Shown here: piece after piece, positions 37,231 through 48,600 of the stretch | Numbering within the stretch: the stretch's first letter is position 1 | Layout: every line of letters begins with the position of its first letter | DNA from: Hypanus sabinus | Lineage: Eukaryota | Assembly (NCBI RefSeq): GCF_030144855.1 | Contig: NC_082716.1 | Coordinates: 69,626,001-69,690,000, forward strand | DNA length: 64,000 nucleotides | Direction: 5' to 3' | Notes under the pieces: generated by a model | What the model was told of the DNA's origin: nothing | Database searches by the model: none | Seen by the model: the letters and a program-made list of their open reading frames with translations, nothing else | Translations under genes and position numbers: made by a program

Positions 37231-40200
37231 GGCTCAGTGGAAAAGTGAGATTTTTAGCTCACTGTCGGGCCAAAGTATAAAACAGTTCTTCTAATATTAA
37301 ATGAGCCATGTTTGGCAACCTCCTCCTCTCAGCACTGCGATGGAGAGAGAATGGTGGCTTGCGTCTGACCGGCAAACTAGATGTATAATTTTATGCTATG
37401 ATATACTTGTTCCATTGCAAGTATTGTGTGATGAAATCCGGTTTGGTCTAATAACAGCACCAGAGAAGTTGCGTTGGAATGGCCACAAAATGGCCAGGCC
37501 ATGATGAAACTAGAGCCCAGTGCACTGCAGGAGGTACTATATGCTGCTGTGGGATGGGGACACCATTGAAAACAAAACAACGTACAAGTCTGTAGCAGTT
37601 GAGGGAAGTGGATGGAAGAATGGCTTAAGGGTATTGCTGTGCTGTAACATGGGAGAGGAGCACCTCTTATGCATCCGGACCAGCATTGTGGCTTGTAGTT
37701 GTGAGGAAAAGGGATTATTTTTGTGGAAGATCAGAAGTCCCCAAATCCACACAAAAAACACTGTGATAGAGGTGATGGGGATAGCAGCTTGTGGCTGACT
37801 GACAAACAAGATCTATCAGTAGTAAAAATGAATTGGCAAATCAGCTCTTGCACTAAAAATACTTTGCCAGGTTGTTTCCTTTAACCTTCCCTCCCCCTGC
37901 CTTTCATTCGTATTTTTTTCCTGATGTTTGTAGGTATGATTAAAGGTGCCAAACATAAAAATAACAATTTGATTGCTATTATTAAAATGTTTATTTGGTC
38001 TAGGGTCTTTTTGGCAGTGACTGATTTTTGACTTTTAGCTGGATAATTCATCTGAGAACACATTTTCAGGCATAATACCTTTTGACTTGGGGAATCAGTG
38101 AGCACATTAAGATTTTGTACTGATGTAGAGCTATTTACTGACTGAGGACTACTATTTGTGCTTCAAAGTTAAGGTAAAGGAGATACAGACTGTATGGTTA
38201 TGGTGCAGGTTTCAGTAAGTATGGGTATTATGATCAATCAAAAACAGACAGCAATGTCAATAAGTCTCTGTTTATTAATTTACTGATGCTGAGTCAGCTC
38301 AGTGCATTTCTCACAGTAGGAATTTAATCAAGCCCAAACATCCAATACCAATGTAAATGCACAGCAGTACGCATTGTCAACACAATATTTATAATACAAA
38401 GCTCAAATAGTAGGGGTCTATTTTGCCCTTTCATGTTGGGACTGAACACCAGTCTGCAAAGCTAGCAAAGGCTGGCCATCAGGTACAAAAAAATTAACTG
38501 ACCTAGTCTCAACAGACGCAGATACTCTGAAAGTGTGGTAGAGCACAGAGTTGCCATTCTTTAGCCTACAGGTATGTCTGCAATAATTTTACTCACTTAA
38601 CTATTAATTTGGGCAAAACAGAAATAAATGCTTGCTGAATTTTACAGGAGTTTGCAGAGGGTAAGATGCTGCTCGTCTTTGACACCATAGGTGATTGTTA
38701 CATGGTTTTAAAGACTGTTGTATCATTGTCAGAGTAGATATGAAACCATTATTTTTCCCTTTCCTCCCCTCTTTCCCACCCCAGTTCATCGAGACACTCC
38801 TATTCTGACCCATGTGCCACATCCACAACGCTGTTCTTATTTCTCTCAGTATTCTGCTGGCAATTCTTTTCTGTTGAAGTTCAGTCCAATTGTCAGATCC
38901 CACACCTTGCTTTATTCAAATGGATGAACCTACTTATTCCTCCTAATTCAAGTTATCATTCTTCTATCTTCAGACCTCTTCCCACCTCTTGCTTCTGCTC
39001 ATTCCCACAGTTCACAAAGTTATTTTTGTTATTCTTTGGTCATATTGTCACACCTGTCTCCTCACTCAGTTAGTGGAAGGAATTCCTCCTGCAACACCCA
39101 GTAAATTGCAAACTGCAGATCGGAGCATTGAATATGAGCTGTGACCAGTACTGATAACTGTTCGTTAACACGGATGAATGGGTGCTAGCTTTGGAGTGAA
39201 AATTAAAAAGAAAAAGAACTGCAGATATCTGAAGTGAAAATAGAAACACTCAGTGAGTCAGGCAACATCTGTGAAGAGAGAAGCCCCTCACCAGAACTGA
39301 CGCTGGATTGTTGATTCTCGTGAAGTGTAATCCTCTGTGTGCAGGCAATAAATGATTCAAACTGATGAAATAGATTTTCTCACAAGCTCTGAAATCCATC
39401 TGAAAAGTCAAAGTAACTATTGCTGGATAGGCTTTAAGCTAGGCCTGCAAGTAGTGGCGGTAGTGGACAATAAGGGGACATCAGGTATTCTACTTTTTTT
39501 AATTAGCCAGGTCACTACTTTTTCCTTGTCATCTGGTAACCGTGGTGACCTGGCTATAGTACAATTATGATAACACAATGTAACTATATTGTTATTTCCT
39601 GAGAAACGGTAACTTTTCTGAAGAAAACTAATACTACTTCCTAGCGCACTGGTGGGTGACATTATGTTTCCACAAGGGGAATATTGAGACTGGGTGTCTT
39701 TGCTCCTTTGACTGAGCTGCCATGTTGTGTAATTTAACCATTGGTCATTGTTGTTTTCCACATTAGTAAATACAAGGCCAGACTGTCAATCCAATATCAT
39801 AATGTTTGGTTTCCTGTTTTGCCTGTGTGGAGTTAAACATCCTGACGAGGTTGCCCCCAGCTGCATGCTTTCACCCCAGAGTATAATTGAGAACGCGCTC
39901 ATTCATCATCTAAGTAAACTGTTGGAGTCTTAATTCCTGTGCAAGTGAGTTTTCAACACCTGCAATAAGCATTAATTTACTAAGCCTAGCAAAATTAGAG
40001 TGTTCATTCTGATAATAATTAAGCAGCTCCACCAAAAGTATGAAATTTCCAGGCATCCCTTAAAACGCTGCATCTGAAAGAGAGTGATTAGATCTTTTAT
40101 TTCAGTCCAAGACACAGTAAGAAATTCCCAATCTGTCATTCCTCTGACCTCAAGGTTAGCAACAATTAAATGTGTTTAATGGATTGGAGGGAAATTCCAA

Positions 40201-40971
40201 TTCTTTGTGCCAGTGACGGCAATGGACTTGCGGCTAAACTATCTTAGCATCTGAACAGCCATTAAAGTAATGGAGCAGCTCAGCTCATTTCCAGCCACTT
40301 GAAGTTGGTGAGGGGCTAACCCTGTTCTGCCGTTTGGAAGATCATAAAATTCTGTTGTGCTTAGTTAAATAATTTGAAAATGTCCAATAGAATTCTCTAC
40401 AGAATATAGGATTGAAATTAAGGTAAAAACAATAATTTGTACACTTCATATGGTACGGCCACCACCTTGTCCTGATAATAAAGGAAGCTGAAAATTTAGA
40501 CTTGATGTAAATCATATTCAGTGCAGGCAACAAAGCACATGTTTAGTACTGGTAATTATGACAATGTGATTTTCTTGATAAAATAATTGATATGTACTTG
40601 TTGGGCAATTCATACCCGATTTGGATTGTCGATTAATTATTAGGCAGCCCTGTTACCTTGCAAAATGCAATCTCAGGTTGAGAGTAAATGCAGTGCATTT
40701 CTCTGTTACAAATCAGTTACAAGCACAAGTTACACACTGAAACTAATATGAGAGCAGTCTGATATCACTGACAGTCTGTTTTGATTTATTAGCAGATTAA
40801 CCATCCCATAACATCATGTGTAATGTTCTGTTCAGAAACTAGTATGAACTCAGAATTGCTAAAACTGTACTTGCAAAAGAATAAAACTGACATTTCATCT
40901 CTGTTGATGGGTCTGCAATGGATACTGCCTCTGTACAACTTGACATTTCTGTTGTACGGAGTCTGAATATA

Positions 40972-41082
40972 CAGTACTGTGCAAAGCTCTTAGGGGTGTG
41001 TGTGTATCTCTCTCTCTCTCTCTCTCTATACATATATATATACACACACATATATAGTGCCTAAGACTTTTGCACAGTGCTG
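40972..41082. mobile_element. Tc1/mariner-type MITE containing a (GT)(CT)(AT)(AC) microsatellite
   Basis: TIRs cagtactgtgcaaagctcttagg / cctaagacttttgcacagtgctg; TA on the left, CA on the right. Confidence 0.75.
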
Positions 41083-41239
41083 CAGTAATTTTATATATCG
41101 CATGGTACTGCTGCCACAAAAAAAGGGAAATTTCATAAATTTCAAAAATAAAACGAGTACTTGCATTAGAGAGTGACGCAGAGGGGGCTGAATTTTGTTG
41201 CAGATTTGGGAATGGGTACAAAGCCTAAAGCAGTAGAGG

Positions 41240-41586
41240 AGACAGCACTTCCACTCCTCCCATCCATTGGGCAGAAGCCTGAAAGCACAGACCTCCAGGC
41301 TCAAGGATAGCTTCCATCCTGCTGTTATCAGACTCTTGAACATGCCGCTTGTATGATAAGATGGGCTCTTGACCTCACAATCTGCCTCATTATGATCTTA
41401 CACTCAATGGTCTGCCTGTACTGCTCTTTCTCTGTGGATTTACACTTTATTCTGCATTTTTTTTTAAAAACCTTGTTTTACGTCATTGCACTGTGTAATG
41501 AGTTGATCTGTATGTAAGACAAGCATCTCACCCAGTCTTGGTACATGTGACAATAATAAGCCAATTCTAATAAAAAACCAATACCA
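41240..41586 (+). mobile_element. Rex1 3' end
   Basis: LPLGRSLKAQTSRLKDSFHPAVIRLLN-like C-terminus; tail gacaataataagccaattct; same subfamily as 26805-27222. Confidence 0.82.
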
Positions 41587-41780
41587 GTAGTTAAGGAAGC
41601 TCATTCCTGCACCTTCATTACATTGTCTGAGGGTGAACGTGACCCTCTTGTTTAGGAAAGGTGAGCAACCAATTTCAATTCCTTACACAAGTTATTATAG
41701 GTAAGTTGACGTGGGTTTTGTAGCCTAATTGTGGATCCATGGGTTATGCAGGAGGTCACCAGCAGGAACAAAAGCATGGG

Positions 41781-42621
41781 TCAGAACCTGCTGGACTTGG
41801 GCCACTCTCTAGACCATCCGCCACACGCTGGGCTGACCTCTGTCAGATCCTGCTAGACTCGGGACTGCTAGCTAGACCTGTTACCCACAGTGCCAGCCCA
41901 TCCGCCACACGCTGGGCTGACCTCTGTCAGATCCTGCTGGACTCGGGACTGCTAGCTAGACCTGTTACCCACAGTGCCAGCCCATCCGCCACACGCTGGG
42001 CTGACCTCTGTCAGAACCTGCTGGACTTGGGCCACTCTCTAGACCATCCGCCACACGCTGGGCTGACCTCTGTCAGAACCTGCTAGACTCGGGACTGCTA
42101 GCTAGACCTGTTACCCACAGTGCCAGCCCATCCGCCACACGCTGGGCTGACCTCTGTCAGATCCTGCTGGACTCGGGACTGCTAGCTAGACCTGTTACCC
42201 ACAGTGCCAGCCCATCCGCCACACGCTGGGCTGACCTCTGTCAGAACCTGCTGGACTTGGGCCACTCTCTAGACCATCCGCCACACGCTGGGCTGACCTC
42301 TGTCAGAACCTGCTGGACTTGGGCCACTCTCTAGACCATCCGCCACACGCTGGGCTGACCTCTGTCAGATCCTGCTAGACTCGGGACTGCTAGCTAGACC
42401 TGTTACCCACAGTGCCAGCCCATCCGCCACACGCTGGGCTGACCTCTGTCAGATCCTGTTAGACTCGGGACTGCTAGCTAGACCTGTTACCCACAGTGCC
42501 AGCCCATCCGCCACACGCTGGGCTGACCTCTGTCAGATCCTGTTAGACTCGGGACTGCTAGCTAGACCTGTTACCCACAGTGCCAGCCCATCCGCCACAC
42601 GCGGGGCTGACCTCTGTCAGA
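41781..42621. repeat. Two-unit GC-rich minisatellite (62-bp and 84-bp units sharing a 34-bp core)
   Basis: Core ccatccgccacacgctgggctgacctctgtcaga starts at 41814, 41898, 41982, 42044, 42128, 42212, 42274, 42336, 42420, 42504 and 42588 (11 copies). Confidence 0.97.
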
Positions 42622-42952
42622 TGCTGAGGGCCACACCAACCGACCTGCTACACCTGCTGTCAAAGGTGTATTTTTATATGCCTCTTATATTCAGACATTG
42701 TCTAAAAATGACTCAAATAGATTTATAATTTTAAACAACCGCTGTAAAACATTAAAAGCATTAAATTGTCTAAATAATTCAAACACTTAGATGCATCTAT
42801 CATTTTCCACAGGATGGCAATTTTATTTAACTGTATGCCAACACCACTAGAAGGCAAGGCTGAGAGTTAGATGCAGATGCCACCTCACTGCCCATTCACG
42901 GGGCTGCCGGTCGGCCCTCTGCTGAATCCAGCAGTAGGAAAGGAGATTGAAA

Positions 42953-43435
42953 ACAGACATGAGATATCTGCAGATACTGGAAATCCAAAGCAACACACAC
43001 AAAACGCTCGAGGAACTCAGCAAGCCAGGCCGCATTTATATAAAAGAATAAACTGTCAGCGTTTTGAGCTGATACCTTTCTTCAGGACTCTCAAGATGTT
43101 GATTGTTTATTCTTTTCCATAGATACTGCCTGACCTGCTGAATTCCTGCAGCATTTTGTGAGGTTGATACCTGACTTGTTTTGATATTTAGACAAGTATG
43201 CATGGAAATCAAAAACAGGCTGAGCTGCAAAGCAGAGACAAGAGGTTCTGCAGTTGTTTGAAATCTTAAGCAACACACACAAAATGCACGAGGAACCCGG
43301 TAGGTCAACAAGGAAATTAGCAGTCGGCATTTCGTGCTGAGGACTGTCATGATAAGTAAAGGGTCTTTGCCTGAAACGTCAACTGTTCGTTTCTCTCCAT
43401 AGATGCTGAGTGCCTCCAGCATTTTGTGTATGATG
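42953..43435. mobile_element. Two adjacent Penelope-derived palindromic elements (about 42953-43165 and 43235-43435)
   Basis: Each has a caacacacacaaaa.gc.cgaggaac arm and an inverted ...agcattttgtg arm, with remnant hammerhead sequences (cttcaggac; cctgaaacgtcaac). Confidence 0.8.
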
Positions 43436-44104
43436 CTGAGCCACAAAATGACAGTCAGCTGGCAGCTCCCCACAGAACCACCAGCAGCAGATTGTCAACT
43501 TAATGTTGCCCTTTGGCATTTAGGAGGCTGAAGGGTTTCTGTGGAAGGTAGCAATAATCTCTCACAGCAATGTTTGTAAAACAGCCATAAAGCAGTCTAA
43601 CAAAGAACCAAGTGAGCATTTTGCACACCCAGCCCCAGTTTTGCCTGCCATAGTGAGTGTCACCTAAAGCATGAATGAGCCCTTCAATACACCACAACCG
43701 AGCTGCAGAAGGACGATGCTCTGACAAATCTGACATGGAATTGAAGTTGACAACTGAACTTTCCTGAGGAAGTAAATCATATTCAGCTTGATGCAATGAA
43801 ATGGCGGTTTTGATAAGGCTTCACCTTTAGTGATTTAGGTTTTACCTCTCTCCCAATCCCTAAAATTCAGCCTAATCGTTGTCTAAACTGGAGGGAGAAG
43901 AGAACTCTACTGCATTGTTTCCTCACACTATCATCCTTCTCCTGGCGTTGTATCCAGTGAGAATTCAGTGAAACAAAAGGAGCCCTTGAACATCTCCACA
44001 CCTTTATCCTACTCCCATTTTGTTCTCTCAATCCTGTCCTCAATTTGATTCGGATATTACAACAAGTATCATGTTTGCAATGACCAGTCAGTAAAGAACA
44101 AGAA

Positions 44105-44348
44105 CAAGCAAGAGAAAAATCAGCAGATGCTGGAAATCTGAGCAAAGCACGCAAAATGCTAGGGGAATTCAGCAGGCCAGGCAGCATCTAGGAAAAGAGT
44201 ACAGAGGATGTTTCGGCTCGAAACCCTTTGGCAGGTTGGAGTGTTTTGAAGGGTCCTGCTGAAAGGTTTCGGCACAAAACATCAACTGTACCCATTCCTA
44301 GATGCTGTCTGGCCTGCTGAGTTCCTCTGGTATTTTGTATGTGCTGCT
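44105..44348. mobile_element. Penelope-derived palindromic element with 15-bp TSD
   Basis: About 90-bp inverted arms; TSD agtaaagaacaagaa at 44090-44104 and 44349-44363. Confidence 0.88.
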
Positions 44349-44924
44349 AGTAAAGAACAAGAAATTGACTTGAATATTTTTTAATTCAGCACAATCTACT
44401 TAGTCAGTAAGAGAAATAAGATACTATAAAGGTAACTGACAAATTTACACCTTTCGCTGTAGTTACATATGGTATCTTACCTACTTTGAGGATGACTTAA
44501 ATTTTAGATTCACACTAACAATAGGATTTATGCACAAGGTGTTCCACATTAAATGAAGAGCACTGTTGATGTTGGGGAGGGAAAAATTAACCTCACCTCA
44601 TAAGCTTTGTTACATTACTTATATAACTCTAGAGTAATTTGTTGGTGAAATTGAAGTTGTTTTTTTCCCCTCTAACTGTGATTAGATTTAATTTGGATCT
44701 GATCCATGTAAGCATGCATATTGGTTGTGCAACAAGGATATCCTGTGCTGGTGATGGAGAGAAATGAAAATATCAGAGTTTCTTTGGTTTTAAGTGAGAC
44801 TGTTGTTTAAGCCTATAATTTCAGCATCTGAAGAATCTGCTCTGTTGATAATTTGCTATTCCATGGTGAAGTTTCTCTGAGGTATGCCTACCTTGAAGAA
44901 GATTAAATCTTTTCAATGGGACCT

Positions 44925-45085
44925 TTTTGTTCTGCATCTTGCCCTTTTCTTTCCAGTCCTGAAGAAGTGTCTGAGCATGAAATATCGACTGTTTATTAAT
45001 TTCCATAGATGCGGTGTGACCTGCTGAGTTCCTCAAACATTTTATATGTGTTGCTCTGGATTTCTAGCATCTGCAGAAATTTTCA
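44925..45085 (+). mobile_element. Penelope pLTR fragment with hammerhead motif (44956-44989)
   Basis: gtcctgaagaagtgtctgagcatgaaatatcgac followed by the standard pLTR body. Confidence 0.8.
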
Positions 45086-45764
45086 GCTAATTAACCCATT
45101 TAACCTGGCGAACTAATCACTGGAACCTGACTGATTTTCAGTCTACACTCTGAATTGAATGTTGAAAAGCTAATTAACCAGTTGATGATTTCATGCTGAG
45201 ATATATAAACAGAATTATATGGTTTAGTTCTTGAACTTCGCAGTCTTTCTGAAAGCAGAGGGCGGAGAGTTAAAATGCAGAAGACTGATTAGTCATTTTG
45301 AGCTTTGTGGGATCGTAGATCAATGATAGAAGTTGCATACAAATTTGCCGAACATTAATCAGTCAGAATGATGATCACTGCCAAAGGATTAATGAATTGA
45401 AAAGGCTGAGACATTAGAATTGTAACTATTTTCTGAAGGGAGAGTTTCATTGTACTATCAGAAGCAAACTGCATGTTGAAATGTCTTTCAGCAAGACGAG
45501 CTATCAAAGATAACATGATGCAAATGTTATTTTAAAAATCAAGTTTATCTGTTAGGCCTTGCCCACCAGTGCCAGCAGGTGTGGATCTAGTTACGTAACT
45601 GCATTGTGAGAAGGTGCACTTGACTACAGATCCACCCCAGTCACTGGGGGAAGACATTTCCATCTGAATTCTGCTGTATGATCTTAACTGCTTTTTGCTT
45701 TCCTTTCCTGATTAACAACATGAGATAAGTTCTATTGATAACTTCCAAAACAAGGTACTTCACT

Positions 45765-46275
45765 TTCACCTGGGTAGCTTCCAACCTGATGGCATGAACA
45801 TCGATTTCTCTAACTTCCTGTAATTCCTCCTCCTCCTCTCTTTTTCCATTCCCCATTCTGGCTCCACTCTTACTCCTCCTCTCCTCACTTCCCTATGGTG
45901 TCCATCCTCATTCCCTTTCTCCCGCGGTCCACTCTCCTCCCCTATCAAATTCCTTCTTCAGCCCCCAGCTTCTTACTTCACCCCACCCACCTGCTTTCCC
46001 GGACCTGGCTTCACCTATCACCTTCTAGCCTGTAAAACATACAAAACACTAGAGGAATTCAGCCTGTCAGGATTGTACATAATGCACTGAGCTTGTATTC
46101 CTTCCCCTCCCCCCAAATCTTCTTCCCCCTTACTTTCCAGTCTCGATGAAGGGAGTTGGCCTGAAATGTCAACTATTCACTCCTTTCTATAGGTGCTGCC
46201 TGACCTGCTAAGTCCCTCCAGCTCGTTTTTTGTGTTTCTCTGGATTTCCAGCATCTGCAGAATCTCTTGTGTTTT
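45765..46275 (+). mobile_element. Penelope-like element 3' end
   Basis: LGSFQPDGMNIDFSNFL* (end of GIY-YIG, compare 18382-18440), pyrimidine tract, degenerate hammerhead at about 46140-46172, pLTR. Confidence 0.85.
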
Positions 46276-46802
46276 TTTTTACTTCATGTCTGCTTTGGCT
46301 TGCAAGCTTGCGTTAATTAGGCAGACACCATGCACGCATTGTCAGAGACCGTTTCAAATATATTTGTCAGCTTTATATACCTTTCACTTGGTAGGGAAAT
46401 ATATAGGGCCAGCTAGTACAGCATCAGGGTTTTGTCCGTGCTACTGTTTCTGAGAGATTATGTACTAGCCATAATGTACTTGGTGCTCTTTCACAATTTG
46501 TGTATAACGATACCACAGAATGACTTGAGTGCAATAACAATAAATAAGGTAGAAAGTGGTGTGTTCAGGGTAACTCCTGTTTCTGTGTGTGTGAGCTTCC
46601 AGCCTTAATTGAACATGGATCTTCACTGTGTGAGGTAATTCCTGGTCGTTCCTGCTCTAACACTAGTTGTCAGTCATTTGGAGAAAGGGGGAGCAATTGA
46701 TCATCCAAACAAATTCATTTTTGTGCATCCTTATAGACCCTCATAAGCACCTGATTCTCTCTCAGGAAATATAGAGCAAGTGCAGATATGTTTACTCTTT
46801 AG

Positions 46803-46903
46803 GCTGTTACTTACTTCCAAATGAAATGGCTTCAGTTGATTTTACACATGATGGTTTGCCCGCCAGTCGGCAGAGCACCTCTGTGCACAACAGCACAGAA
46901 TAA
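46803..46903 (+). CDS. Candidate alternative terminal exon: (S)CYLLPNEMASVDFTHDGLPASRQSTSVHNSTE*
   Basis: Acceptor tatgtttactctttag ends at 46802; the phase-1 frame is open for 32 codons to TAA; CpG-retaining, non-repeat context. Confidence 0.3.
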
Positions 46904-47204
46904 GCAGATTGTGTTTCTCCACTAATGATGCGCAGAACCTGCCACACGCAGCTGGCCACGACACTGAACTTCGGAAGTAGCCTGGTGCAGGCTTGTAATT
47001 GGCTATCACTTTTCCTTCACTTGTATCAGATTTCAAGGCCAAATACCAGCTGTAAAATAGCTAAAGCAATAATCTTGCCCTTAATCAGAGAGAGAATTAC
47101 AGTCAGGAACATGCCACTGTCCCGCCTCCCTCCGATGTGCTGGCTCCAAATCTGAAAGAGTGGGCGCTTGAAAGGATATCCCTGGTCAATCATGTAATGC
47201 TGAT

Positions 47205-48600
47205 GCAACAGAGATGGGCAACGGCAATGCGGTAGATATAGAATATCTAGATTTTCAAAATGGACCTCTTTAATAGACTAATGAAAATCAGAGTATGTGG
47301 AGCTTGGTAGCAAGCAGAAGAATTTGCTCATTGGCTTCACGGCACAAAAAGAGTGGGAGTTACACTGGAAGAAAGTGGTTTGCGGTATTCCAAAAGGATC
47401 ATTACTGGGACCATTGTTGCTACAATTTATGTTAGCAATGTAAGCTCAGGAATCAAAAACACATTTTCTAAATTGTGGCTGATACCAAATTGGGGGATTG
47501 GTCAGGACCAAGGGGGAATGCAATTAATTACAGGGGGACATTAGTAGCCTGTGAGTACAAGCACGTAATTGGGCAAATGAAGTTCAGTGAATGTGAGTTA
47601 CCACATCCTCGCTGGAAAGAGAGAGAAGTTTTTGTTAATTTTAAAAGTGAATCCGAGGAACAAAGTGTCCTCAAAGGAAAAAATCCACTATTTTGCCACA
47701 GATTGTCAATGACATGAAGTAAAAAATGGCAAGTCAAATGGAATGGAGTTAGTTTTTTTGATATTGAATTGAAAAATTGGGAAGTTGTTATAAGCCTGTA
47801 CTAAACCTAGATTAGGTAACGTTTGAAATATTGCAAGAATTTCTAATTGTCATAATATTAATAGACTATAAGACCATAAGACATAGGAGCAGCATTAGAC
47901 CATTCCATCATGGCCAATTTATTTTCCCACTGAATCCCATTATCCTGCTTTCGCCCTGTAACCTTTGACATCCTTACTCATCAAAAGCCTATCAACCTCT
48001 GCTTTAAATATACCCAATGACTTGGCCTTCACAGCCATCTGTGGCAATGAATTCTGCAGATTCACCATCTGCTGGCTAAAGAATTTTCTCCCCATATCAG
48101 TTCTAAAGGGGAATTCTTCTATTCTGAGACTGTGCCCCCTATAGAGGTACACTGGTGAGGAGGCGGCAGGGATTTAAAAGGGTGCAACAGGAAATGTGGG
48201 GATATGTACATCAGGAAAGCATGAATAGACTTTTTCTCTTGAGAAAAGAAGGCTGACATTGTGATCAAATAGAGGTCTTTCAAATCATGACGAGTTTGAT
48301 AGCACAGATACATTGAGAGTATTTCCATTAATGAGATGAGCAGAAATGGAGGTTATTTGTGTAAGAAAATCAGCAGGGAATCTAGTAGAGAATTCTGAAG
48401 AACCTTCTTCACCCAAAGAATGGTGAAAATGTGGAACTCACTCCAAAGAGGAAACAAAGAGAACAGAGACCTGGTCTGTTCTTGTTGTGTATACATTTAA
48501 GTAGATTCCTGATAAGGATTGGAGGGAGAAGGGAATGGAGTGTTACTTTGAAAGTGTTAGATTATAGGATTCAAGAAAAGTGCTTTTGTGCCATAAAGCA
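47205..48600 (+). mobile_element. Old CR1 LINE interrupted by a younger CR1 tail
   Basis: VDIEYLDFQ, SGIPKGSLLGPLL-like and ADTKLG motifs; resumes at about 48200 with ttcttcacccaaagaatggtgaaaatgtggaac. Confidence 0.7.
47862..48140 (-). mobile_element. CR1 3' end (younger)
   Basis: RGHSLRIE..PFRTDMGRKFFSQQMVNL.NSLPQ; tail gctcctatgtcttatggtcttatagtc. Confidence 0.88.

Noticed and set aside
37301-37809. Four overlapping short ORFs
   Set aside because: No recognisable domain or splice signals; likely decayed unclassified repeat or chance.
41814-41897. Hammerhead ribozyme in the minisatellite unit
   Set aside because: Neither strand has CUGANGA together with GAAA.
41739-42086. Repeat-protein ORF with 28-aa units
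   Set aside because: It arises because the 84-bp unit is a multiple of 3; the 62-bp units shift the frame and the ORF stops inside the array.
41781-42621. True CRISPR array
   Set aside because: Only two recurring spacer types, which share their first ~12 nt; no cas genes; vertebrate intronic context.
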